A stretch of DNA of 64,000 nucleotides from Phallusia mammillata (lineage: Eukaryota). The notes below the pieces were generated by a model. The model did not search any database and was not told the origin of the DNA. It saw only the letters and a program-made list of their open reading frames with translations. Positions 53,730 through 64,000 of this stretch are shown here, piece by piece (the stretch's first letter is position 1; every line of letters begins with the position of its first letter). Both the position numbers and the translations under genes were made by a program. The stretch covers positions 22,692,001 to 22,756,000 of the forward strand of contig OZ281495.1 of the NCBI GenBank assembly GCA_965637545.1. Reading direction: 5' to 3'.

Positions 53730-54578
53730 TCACGACGCCTGGCTGAATCTGCTGTTTCCGGGCCCGAGATGGTATCGTTCTCTGTCGTTTACTTCGCGTA
53801 AGGTCCGCGTGTCTAGAAATGGACATTCACGTTTTAAGTGACCCGGTCTGTTGCATTCGAAGAATCTGCGCTCACCCGAATGTACTGGACTGTACCGTAA
53901 TTGTTCGTTCGTCCTCTTCAGCGTTGATATTTCGGCTTCCATGGCGGAAATATTCCTCGTCAGTTCGTCCGTTCTCTGCAAGGTCCGGATTTCCATGGCT
54001 TCGAGCTTTTTAAGAATCAGCCCCATATCCGGAGTATTTGATTCCACCGCAGCTACTTCAATAACAGGAGAGCTGATATTATCAATAACCATTTGAGCCG
54101 CACTCGCGAAATCGCGCGAGTATTTGATGAGAGATGGAATTGAGTTGGCCAAGCGACGGTCGTGTAAACCTCGCAACAAAGTCACATACAACATCTCGTT
54201 CCTTAACGCGGCATCGGAACCATTGCGGTAGGCGATGTCTCCTAAAGCACGGAGTGCGTAAACAAACTCGCGACTGGATTCGCCGGGCAGTTGTACGCGC
54301 CCAATCAGTTCATCCCTGCGGCGCTCGGCGTGTTGCCCACTGTCCTTGTGGCGCAAAGCGCGTTCCTTCAGCACTTCGTACTCAACTTCATACAGGTTGC
54401 AGTCCTTATCTTGCAGGGCCCATTTTAGGTCATTATCTATGGCCGAAAGCAACAAATGCCGCTTTACTTGATCAGAGGCCTTAACGCTGGAGCAGTAGGA
54501 CTCAAAAACAATAAAATACTGGGCTAGATCGTCTCCAGGCCTCAGTGTTGGAGGTTGCATCATGAGGTTAAAAGACAT
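53730..54578 (-). CDS. gag: Gypsy gag (282 aa, open) with a degenerate zinc knuckle
   Basis: ORF starts just downstream of the PBS. The knuckle reads RRFFECNRPGHLKREC, i.e. Cx2Cx4Hx4C with the first Cys replaced by Phe. Confidence 0.85.
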   Translation of the reverse strand: MSFNLMMQPPTLRPGDDLAQYFIVFESYCSSVKASDQVKRHLLLSAIDNDLKWALQDKDCNLYEVEYEVLKERALRHKDSGQHAERRRDELIGRVQLPGESSREFVYALRALGDIAYRNGSDAALRNEMLYVTLLRGLHDRRLANSIPSLIKYSRDFASAAQMVIDNISSPVIEVAAVESNTPDMGLILKKLEAMEIRTLQRTDELTRNISAMEAEISTLKRTNEQLRYSPVHSGERRFFECNRPGHLKRECPFLDTRTLREVNDRERYHLGPGNSRFSQAS

Positions 54579-54665
54579 GATAAAAATAGAATAAAATGTA
54601 AAAACCTAATAAAATACAATAAAAAAAAAGTCTTCCTAGCGAAACCAGTGGGTCGTGGTGGCAGG

Positions 54666-54683
54666 GTCCTGGCGTGCTCGCCA
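54666..54683 (-). promoter_or_regulatory. Primer-binding site, probably tRNA-Arg
   Basis: Minus strand TGGCGAGCACGCCAGGAC lies 3 nt from the 5' LTR. Its complement resembles the animal tRNA-Arg(ACG) 3' end (...TCCTGGCTGGCTCGCCA); the isotype is from memory. Confidence 0.7.
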
Positions 54684-54686
54684 ATT

Positions 54687-55532
54687 TGTTACCGAATTGT
54701 TTTGACAGCCCGGAATTGGGTCTAGCGATTTCGGGTGGCGGTATTATCTTTGCCAAATAAGTCCCAAAAGCCCTGCCAATCTGGTCTATTCCCCGAGACT
54801 GTCTCCCCAATTCTGTAAACGGTCCAGAACCCTGCAGTAACGGCTCACCACGGAAGCCGGATCTACCTAACACTGGTTTGGCTAAAAGGGCGTCTCACAG
54901 TTTATTATATTATATATTATTGCAATACTCCAGCGGCGTTACTAAAACTCCAGCACGCAAAACCTCTGCACGTAAAACCAACAACGACACATAAACATAA
55001 AAGCAAGGCACTACAACAACCGTTCACGAGACGCCCAAGAGAAGACTGCCTCGTTCTTGTCCAACACGTGCAAAACGGCTCTAGATTTGCGGGCCGTTGG
55101 CCAATCACCGGCTCGCGCAATATCACAAGGTTTCCCGGCACATCCGGGAACGCTAATTAACGATGGGAAAATGCGGCGAGGAAAATACAGTGCGTGGAAA
55201 CAGCGTGCCACTAGGACAAAGAAAAATAAGACAAATGAAAAACAACATTAAGTGGAAATAAGGAATTAAGTGAAAACTAAGAAAATATGTAGGTGACTTT
55301 ACAATAGAACATGTAAGAAATACATTTAAATATGAACATAAGTGAAACATATAAAACAAATAAGTGAAACGTGAACATAAGTAAAACGAATATACATAAG
55401 TGAAACGAATATACATAAGTGAACACGAATAACATAAACCCGATTAACATAAACAGATGAAAGAAACGTGTTGCTTAAAACAAATCCACCAGAAAATGTG
55501 CAGCGGCGGAAACGTGAAATATTTTTGCCACA
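54687..55532 (-). repeat. 5' LTR (846 bp)
   Basis: Direct repeat of 51143-51989, followed by the TSD GTTG at 55533-55536. Confidence 0.95.
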
Positions 55533-56407
55533 GTTGTGTTTCCTTTGGACTGACCAATGACACATGAGCAACAGCGTCACGGGGGTATCAAGCTACAAAA
55601 GTAACTACGACAACGCAGATGGTGGTGATTAAACAAACCAGCCAGGCCTCTGTAAAAGAATCTTTTGTTGAAAATACATTAATAAGCGCCATTCTTCTGG
55701 GGTGCCAAAATGTCAACCACACATTTACAATAGGTGCTTGGTCGTGTATTTCGTGACAATACAAAGGCCTTTTGAACAAGTAACAGCAGAGCCTTGCGTC
55801 AGGATACACTCAATACAATGCAGTTGTAGGTGACTCTGTGTTGATTGCCTGTTTCTGTTAAACAATCCACAAAACCCAAGCCCCTACGAGAATTTAGTTT
55901 ATCGTGATGACTTGGTCCTCAAAAATACTTCACTTTTACCGTAACACCATTCTCCAGCGAGATACTAGCATCATTAAATATCTTTCACATCTCCTGAGTC
56001 TTCTACTCCCCATAACACAAAGTTCTAAAACTCAAAGATTTATATAAATCATACATACATATTTCACACAGTGCTACAAAAAACGTGCTAAATAGTAAAT
56101 CACAGCTTTTATGTAAAAATACAAAAAATAAATGGTATATTCATGCACTTGTAAGGGCTCGAAACATGTTCATTACTCTGCTACTTTCTTTCATTAACGG
56201 CAATTTTAATGTACCGAGTGAACAAGTAAATTTTTAAGTAGTCATTTTAATAATATCATCAAATATGTTTTGTAACAAAAAGTGTGCGAAAATTAACTGT
56301 AATGCATATCTCATATACGATCAACAACACAATATGTGGAAAACGCTAAAAAAGGAAATGCAATTGTACAGTAGTCCATGATCACTACCAATGTCTTTTT
56401 TACGTTT

Positions 56408-57136
56408 CTAGTTAAGAAATTGACGTAAAAATCCCTGATTTCTGTATTTTGATGGTGTATCAAAATACCCCTTCTGTTGTTCAGAGTACTGGTACTCTTC
56501 TCTCACTTCTCTTATTTTCCTAAAATTCGGTGGACGATTCACACTATTTAGCAGCTCAATTCTTTGGTTTCTTTCTGGGACACAATCTACAGGTTCTTTG
56601 TACTCCAATCTACCTGTTACGTCTTCAAAAACCAGGACAGCTCTCATATAAAACCACCCACCAAATTGGGGATGAATGCAGATGCCGAAAATCCGTCTTT
56701 CCCTTTCCCAAGGGTCATTTTCTATATCACGACGCTGGTAGTAATATGTAGCACCAGCAACATGTGCAGCAGTTTGTATAGCCACCCTTGCTTTTGTTCC
56801 GCCATTATCGTCAGGTATCATCTCATCAGCATATATGATGTGTACGTTGTCCATTCTAAGCTTTTCGATTGCTATTTTCACATGAGATTCAATGCAAGAG
56901 TCGATAGGTTTCTTGATGATTTCATCGTTATCAATATTTTCACGCAGGTACGGCAGAAAGCAATTTTCGAAAAACGAAGGGATTGATAAAATAAGTGCAC
57001 AAATTGTGTCATCCCTGTAAGGTAACTTGTACTTTTCATCAACAAGTTCGTTGTACCAGCCAGCTTTAAACAAATAAGTTTCCAATCCAAGTGGTTGCAA
57101 ATATTCATTCAGATTTGATTGTATTTCATCAGACAT
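56408..57136 (-). CDS. MMACHC: MMACHC/CblC-like protein, copy 2 (242 aa from the conserved Met, intronless)
   Basis: FKAGWYNEL, QTAAHVAGATYYYQR, GICIHPQFGGWFYMRAV and YSEQQKGYFDTP. The start at 57136 (MSDEI) matches copy 1; an upstream in-frame ATG at 57181 is not shared. Confidence 0.88.
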   Translation of the reverse strand: MSDEIQSNLNEYLQPLGLETYLFKAGWYNELVDEKYKLPYRDDTICALILSIPSFFENCFLPYLRENIDNDEIIKKPIDSCIESHVKIAIEKLRMDNVHIIYADEMIPDDNGGTKARVAIQTAAHVAGATYYYQRRDIENDPWERERRIFGICIHPQFGGWFYMRAVLVFEDVTGRLEYKEPVDCVPERNQRIELLNSVNRPPNFRKIREVREEYQYSEQQKGYFDTPSKYRNQGFLRQFLN

Positions 57137-58189
57137 GACCGTTTGATTTGTACCGCAACAATGGAAAAAGTACTCCTCCAATCAGCAACTATCAACGTAG
57201 AGATAAGATGTAATACCGGCAGTGGCAAAACAATTGTGGTGTACAATCTTCGTTTTTTGTCTTTATATAAATTGACTCCACCTTCTTCGTAAATACGTAG
57301 GTCATCTATCGCCTCTCGTGTCGAATTTTACTAATGTTATTTTGCCATCACGACAGAGGTGTAAATTTTAAGACGATATACGTACAAAAATCAAGCATCC
57401 AGTTGCACTTTAAACAAAAACAAGGAACACGCGCTTTTCCTTTATGGTCACGATGATTTTCTTAGAAGATTTTTTTCGGCTTTACCAGCATGTCACAATT
57501 ACGATGATATTCTTGTCGCCCCTCTTTGTGTTTCTTAAGTACAATGCTTGATGTTACACTTCATTTAGAAATGACAAAACGTTAGTCAGTGCATTTCGAA
57601 ATGGAATTTTTAGTGAATTCCCCAATAATGTCAAAAATAACTGCACAGGCTGTGCTAGTCTTGCAAAGTAACTGATTAACTTCTCCAATACTAATAGGGT
57701 TATGCCAGCTAATTAGAAACAAAACGTTTTTAATTGCATGGTTCCTAATATTCTTACAATTTTGACAGTATTTTATCTGACATGATGGTTAATACCTATT
57801 TGTTCACGGACAGTTGAAGTTTAAGATATGAGTTTTAAGAAACTGGGCCCACACAAAAATGCAGGGCCTTCCAATGTCCAGTAGCCTTTTTTAGGCTGTA
57901 AACAGGCAAGACATTCAGTTAGAGTCCAGTGGTTCTCAATAGATTCAGTGGTTCTCAATATACCAGAAACACCCACTAAAATCCATTTCCTTTTTAACTT
58001 TATTCCCTAATTTAATCGACTTCCCTAATTTGTTTCAAATACTACTTTTCTATATTGAGGTTTTGTACGATTAAGTATTCTTGTTTATTCTATTCGACCT
58101 GTTTAAAGTGGAAATCAGTACCGAATTCCAACATGAGATTGTCATTTCCTTTTTTAAGGGGCCACAGGTCCTACAGGATTACTTTAAGG

Positions 58190-58402
58190 TATGGGGTCGG
58201 CAACCTTTTTTGCACTGCGGCCCGTTTTTGAAACTAAAATTTTATCGCGGACCGGTCTTCAAGAAACTACAAATATTTGGCAATAAAAACGCTTTAAATT
58301 AGTTCATTATTCCCAGGATATATGCGGAAAACGTTTTATAGCATTAAACCTGCAAAATTATACGGCCTGGTAACGAACTCCTCCGGCGGTTGCCGACCAC
58401 TG
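58190..58402 (+). mobile_element. hAT-type MITE
   Basis: GGGGTCGGCAACC / GGTTGCCGACCACTG and TSD CTTTAAGG. Confidence 0.8.
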
Positions 58403-59394
58403 CTTTAAGGGGGCCACGAGGTCAAAGCTACAAAAGTAACTATGACAACGCTGGTTTTGAAGTAATTAAACAAATAAATATATACCTTTGTATATCAAGA
58501 ATCGTTTGTTGAAAATCCACTAATAAAGCGCAGTGCATCAGTGCCCTAAACAAACTATATGTTTCCTAATATCCCACAGTGGTGGCCGTTTACATTATAT
58601 CATGAACAAAAAATGTTTGTTATTGTGGAATGGAACAATGGTTACAACCAATCAACACTAGACATACAACAGCAGTGGGTTAAAACACAAGACTCGGTTG
58701 GTTTAATTTAAGTATGGCAAGAGTGTTGCGACCCCTGGTCAGACCTTTATTGCATGTTTTGGTCAACTGACCGTAATTTGGCGCATGATTCACGTGTTTG
58801 TTTGTCGGTGCTTTCCCTACAAGAAGTTTTCTAAACACCCGGACGCCAAATATTTTAAATTAAAATAAACAACTTTTAGCAAATGCTTAACTTTAACTAA
58901 CTTAAACATATGACGACTTTTACTAACAAAACCTTCTGTTTGAACTTAAAATGTTTTTACACTACAATGCTAACTGCATTTCCTTTTGTTGTCAAAACAC
59001 TCCTTTGTAGCCTTCATAGGTAAATGGTTCACAAGGCGAAACAAAATAAGAAATTTGAGCTCAAATAAGGTCGAATGCCAGGTCAGGCCTAAATCAAGTC
59101 CGTTTTATTCGAGCTTAAACCCGCACCTGACCTGATTTCAATCTGTGTTACTCTTTCTCATGTGTTTTGTTCAGTTGTAACCATTTGCAAGTGGAACGAT
59201 TTTTAACGCTTTAATAAAAACCAAATTGTCAAGGGTGTAGAATAAAACGTACTCATGAAATCAAAACTACCCAGCTACCTTTGCACTTAAATCTAATATG
59301 CAATAGTTGAGAAACTTATAATAATCGTCATAAGTTATAATAATCGCACTGATCAGTTACGTAAAAAGCGGCATGCTTTATATACTGTCTAATA

Positions 59395-59810
59395 AGGTAC
59401 CTGAAGGTATATGGGCCCGAAAGGTAATAAGGCACACTGCTCATATTTTTTATATAACTTACAAGAAAAAATGCTGCTGTTTTAAAGTAATTTTAAAATA
59501 TATACGTACTTACAATGATTTACAAAGTTTTGTACCTGCAAGTTATGTGTAATTGATATTATGACAAAACCAAATTTAGAAGTGTTTGTTTTCAACTTTT
59601 TATAAAAAAATTTTTAAAAATGAAGAGGTTGTGTTATCGAAATGAAATCTCATTATGATGTATTAGTGATGGGGTCATTTTAGTTTAATCGAAGCATTAT
59701 CCCATCAACAGAATTATTTCAAATAAATTTTATTACGGTGTTGTTTGTCAGCCATTGCTTGCAATAAGGCCCAACGATTTTTGTCATTTTCTAAAGTGTA
59801 TTTTATAGTG
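59395..59810 (+). repeat. Dispersed repeat shared with introns of B2 (~20475-20900, ~21420-21760)
   Basis: AGGTACCTGA...AAGGTAATAAGG...ACAAGAAAAAATG...GGGGTCATTTTA blocks occur in the same order. Confidence 0.7.
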
Positions 59811-60236
59811 AAGGCGACCCGAATTAACCCTGCACCACGCTTTAAACTTGACCTGGCGTTCTAATTCCCCGCAGGCATCCAAGGTCATTCAGTTTGTGTC
59901 AAGGTGACTTTGCAATCATTAAACCCTTTTTCATCGTTTAAACTGGTGCCTTGCTAACTATTTTCCGCTGGATGACGCAATTTTGCCGCTCTTAATAAAC
60001 TGAACTGTAGCTCGTATTGAGTCAAGTTTGTTTTTCCGGGTAAACAAATCGAAGCAGCAACAATTGAGGTAAAATATTCACCAGGCCGAGCTATTTCAAA
60101 TTGAATAAACAAAATTTTAAATTCGTTGATTTGGAAAGTATAATTGTTTTGGAATAAAATTGATGAACAAAATATAAACAAAGCTAAATTAAATAATAAA
60201 AGAAAACCAAGGTATTGGACAATCTTTGTATTAGAG

Positions 60237-60676
60237 CAGCGTTTCTCAAACTGGGGTCCGCGGTCCTTCAGGGGACCGTGGGGCAAGCAATTTTAGGGGG
60301 ACCGCGAAAAGATTGAAGTACTTTTATAATCTTATTTTGCGGCAGTTTGTGCCACTGAATGAGTTTAAAATTTAAACTTTAAATCAAAGTAGAATTAATA
60401 ATCGACTGTCCCCAATTGCTAAACAATAGCCTTTATTGCATAAAAACTAACAAAAATGCAATTGTTGGCACACAATCGTAATGTTTTTTTTTGTTTTTTT
60501 TGTGATGTCACAAGCTGTCTTTGGATCCTTGTTAAGCGCAATTTTGCATAACTATAGCTAAAATCCTATAATCAACTGTCGTTTTTCTGAAATACACATT
60601 CCAGCTAAAGGACCGCGAAAACAATGGCAAAGGGATCGTTTTGAAAAAAAATAATGAAAAAGTTTAAGAACCACTG
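60237..60676 (-). mobile_element. hAT-type MITE, inverted copy of the 1681-2101 family
   Basis: CAGCGTTTCTCAAAC / GTTTAAGAACCACTG with TSD T(A/G)TTAGAG. The interior is the reverse complement of 1681-2101. Confidence 0.85.
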
Positions 60677-60974
60677 TGTTAGAGTATCATGTCTTAAATA
60701 TTGCTAGGGCGCTTTTTCACGATCATTTATTGTCGCTAATTAATTAACGGTTTCTAATTTCTCTGTTTACGTCACTGTACCGTGCAGCAATTAGAATCAT
60801 ACCTATTGTTTGCTAAGGAGAACAACAATCTTATTAACTCGTTAAAGTGTCGGGTGACCTAGGTGGCTGAAATTTTAACCGAAGGCTATGTGACAAAGGC
60901 GACAGGATGGTATAAAGACAGTTGGTAGAAGGTTGTTATCATACACAGCTTTTAGCAACGCAACCGGAACGAAA

Positions 60975-63780
60975 ATGAAGAATTTACTGGTTTTGTGTTC
61001 TCTTGTCTCCGTCTCAATGGGCATCAGTTTTGGCGGAGGTATGCATTTTCTCACACTATCGTTTAATTTTTTAACTTTTAGCAACTTGCAACCTCGCTAT
61101 TATTTCCCTGGCCGATGTGGTTGGTCCAGCTCTGCTTCAGTAAACACTGTAATTTTAGTCTTATCCATGGGCCTGATATCATAAGTAAACAAGCCCAAAT
61201 AACATGCATTTGTATTTATGTTACTCCTAAGAACGTTATGTAAAAGTAAAACTGTAAATTGTATTCGTAAGAAGCATGGAAATTATACCTACATGTTTAC
61301 GACGCACCTACAATGTTACATGCTTGTCCGTTCGTTTTCTAGATGCTAACAAATGTGCGAGTTCACCGTGTAGTTCACATGGGACTTGCACTAATGCAGA
61401 TGGAAGTTTTACGTGCGAATGTAATACAGGTTATGTTGGAGACGGATTTTCTTGCAGAGGTAAGAAATATAAAATGTTGACAATGCAAGTAATAATGACT
61501 ATGTTCTAAGATTTATAACGTTATTATAGTACTGTTTTAACACAGAATAGCCACACGCAACTTTTATGTGTGATTGCAAAAGTTGTGTTTTTTTTCTAAC
61601 AGACGTCAACGAATGCACTGAAGTTTCTGGCTTTTGTGGAAACGGAGCTTCATGCACAAACACTCCTGGAGGTGCGAGCTGTAGTTGTCCGGCTGGCACC
61701 ACAGGAAATCCAAATGTTGAATGCGTAGGTATGAAACAGACCTTGAACAACAAAAATTTAATAATCAAGTCAAATATTTGGACCAGAGTAGCAAGTCGGG
61801 CCGGGCTTTTCGGGCTGGGCTCGGGCTTAGGTTTTTGTGAGAAAACGGGCCTGACTTTACGTTCCGTGTCCGCCATTGTTTTTTAAATAAAATTACTTAG
61901 CTAAGTAACAATTCTCTGGCTTTGACCTAATGCCCACCCTCCTCTAAAACGTATTGTTTACCCCATTGTTTACTATTGTTCATTGTGTTTGTTGTCTTTC
62001 TCTTTTTTCTTTCTCATCCTTTGCTGCAAGGCTTTCTTGGATAGGCCTGTCAATCAAAATTTCGGGCCTAAACGGGCTTTGCAAAAACGTTTAGGGTTGG
62101 GCTTCGGGCTTATACTTTCGGGTTCGGGCCGGGTTCGGGCTCAGATTTCGTGCCCGCTAGCAACTCTGATTTGGACCTATGACAAAAAGGTTTAAAAGAA
62201 ATTTTGTTGATGTTATTCAAACTGGTCTTTTAATTACTTTCCCCTCTCCAAGTATTTAAATCAGAAATATTAGTGGACGCTTCAGGGCTGACTCCAGTAT
62301 CATACTGGCAGTATGAATAAATTCATCATAGACCAGTGGTTCTCAAACTCGGTTTTCGGGGCCGCATGAGGCTCCCAACTACTTATTTTGCGGCTCGCAC
62401 CAGACTTCAGAAAACCGACCAAGATTGCTATTTTAGCTTTTAAAGTCATAATCTTTAGTGATTTTCTCAAGGTTTCGTTTTTTGCGGCTCCCTAAACACT
62501 TAGAAAAATACCTTTTGGCCCCGACAATAAAAAAGTTTGAGAATCACTGTCTTAGACGATAAGAAAGTTTCATAAATAATCACTCACTTATGAATAGTTT
62601 CCTTTAAATCATTTTTTTGTAGGTGCACACATTTGTTTTATTTGCAGAAATCACATGCCCGCAGCCCACACCTCCAGAAAATGGCAAAATCTTATTCGGC
62701 AAGAGCTCATACAAACCTGGTGACAGTTTGATATTCAGATGCAATGATCTTTATTTTCATGATTCTGCAAAACATGGTTTCCCAAGGTACACATGTGGAA
62801 ATAATGGAGAATGGCGTGGAAGCAAATTTATTTGTGAAGGTGGATATTTTATATTTTGTATCAGATCCCCTAAGATTGCCTATTGGTAAAACAAATTGAC
62901 AACAGCATAGGCGCCGAGTATAGGTGGTTGCGGGGTGTCGCCGCCACCTTGGGTTTTCAAGAACGGTGGCGGCCACCGTGAAAACTTTGGTTTGTTTATA
63001 GCGGTATCATACGAAACATCGCAAAATCTAAAGAAAAATTAGTAACATTTGCTTTCAAACAAACGTACTGACAGTGGAGCAACAAAACTCCAACAGGTTT
63101 TGGTTAGTGCTTTGTTTATGACATCTAACAACCAATTGTTTGCCAGTGAGTGTTTGGCCATTATTGTGTGCAATGCGATTGTGTTGTAACAAACAAATGG
63201 TTATTTCAGGTGATACAAAGAAACAACAATTTGACGAAACATTTTTTAAACGTCGCTAAACCAAAGATAAACAGCAACGTGTCAAAAATAAACAATGCCT
63301 CAAACATTTAGTTTTTTTCTAAATTTTGACGAATGTTCCATTCTATGGGAAGTTTGGCTTCTATTTGAGCCCTTTGTGTTTGCACGCATTTGTGACGTCA
63401 CATTATAGCTTTGTGACCTACAGTTTAGAAAAACTGGCTTTAAAATACACCTCACACAAGTTTGGGTATATCTGGATGGATTATTTGCAAGGGTTTATTT
63501 TGTAAACTGGATTAACCTATGTAGAAAAATACTTAATAGAACCTTTAAATCAAGTTTATTTAGTTGCACACATTTGTTTTATTTGCAGAAATCACATGCC
63601 CGCAGCTCACACCACCAGAAAACGGCAAAATCATATCCGACAAGAGCTCATACAAACCTGGTGGTAGTTTGATATTCAGATGCAATGATCATTATTTTCA
63701 TGATTCTGCAAAACATGGTTTCCCAATGTACACATGTGGAAATAATGGAGAATGGAGCGGAAGGAGGCTTGTTTGTGAAG
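60975..63780 (+). CDS. Secreted or cell-surface EGF + sushi (CCP) domain protein, 5' part (probably continues beyond the window)
   Basis: Signal-peptide exon 60975-61038 (MKNLLVLCSLVSVSMG), EGF exon 61343-61459, calcium-binding EGF exon 61603-61728 (DVNEC), and CCP exons 62648-62839 and 63589-63780 (C-P..C..C..W..C). All GT-AG and phase 1. Confidence 0.85.
61784..62168 (+). mobile_element. hAT-type MITE with CGGGC(T/C)-rich sub-terminal repeats
   Basis: CAGAGTAGC / GCAACTCTG with TSD ATTTGGAC. Related CGGG-rich fragments at ~10650-10800, 11340-11500, 23560-23680 and 59070-59140. Confidence 0.85.
62334..62549 (+). mobile_element. hAT-type MITE
   Basis: TIRs CAGTGGTTCTCAAAC / GTTTGAGAATCACTG and TSD TC(A/T)TAGAC. 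Confidence 0.85.
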
Positions 63781-64000
63781 GTGGATATTTTATAGTTTGT
63801 ATAAGACCCCCTAAGATTGCCCATTGGTAAAAATTTTTAAAATTTAAAAATTGACGACAGCTTTACAGTGCACCTTAGAAAAAAAAATTTGTTCCTAAAG
63901 ATTTGCCATGTACAAAGATGTATATTTTGCGGCTTACATATACGGGTACAACTTTTACTGCGTTTGTAAGGTTGGTATGTACGAGTCTGATAAAAATCTT

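Larger units (their letters stand above)
51143..55532 (-). mobile_element. Non-autonomous Ty3/Gypsy LTR retrotransposon (4390 bp)
   Basis: LTRs 51143-51989 and 54687-55532 (TG...CA, about 4 differences by eye), 4-bp TSD GTTG, PBS 54666-54683, PPT 51990-52002, a gag ORF, and pol fragments in PR-RT-RH-IN order. Confidence 0.95.

Noticed and set aside
57137-57181. N-terminal extension MEEYFFHCCGTNQTV of MMACHC copy 2
   Set aside because: Not present in copy 1; the conserved start is MSDEI at 57136.
57430-57720. Possible decayed coding sequence on the minus strand (EVNQLLCKTSTAC...)
   Set aside because: Multiple stops and no motif strong enough to assign.
59820-60000. TTAACCCT start suggesting a piggyBac end
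   Set aside because: No matching opposite terminus or TTAA duplication found.

Overview
AT-rich eukaryotic (animal) genomic DNA with short GT-AG introns. The style fits an invertebrate chordate such as an ascidian, but the species cannot be established from the sequence. All gene models were built by hand. (1) 3.6-26 kb holds two copies of a tightly head-to-head pair of related helical/TPR-like genes (A on minus, B on plus, start codons only ~240 bp apart). The B genes carry an N-terminal array of frame-preserving phase-1 micro-exons whose number differs between paralogues, preceded by a RHIM-like sequence. (2) 27-40 kb is non-coding nested segmental duplication built on a ~190-bp CCAAT+GATA-containing core repeat with higher-order structure. 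(3) 41-58 kb is a tandem amplicon with two divergent intronless MMACHC/CblC-like genes and a probable third copy lacking the ORF. It is interrupted by a young Ty3/Gypsy element that keeps gag but has lost the catalytic core of every pol domain. (4) 61-64 kb is the 5' part of a secreted EGF-EGF-CCP-CCP gene with a recently duplicated sushi exon. The window also contains many hAT-type MITEs with 8-bp TSDs, a Harbinger derivative and LINE remnants.
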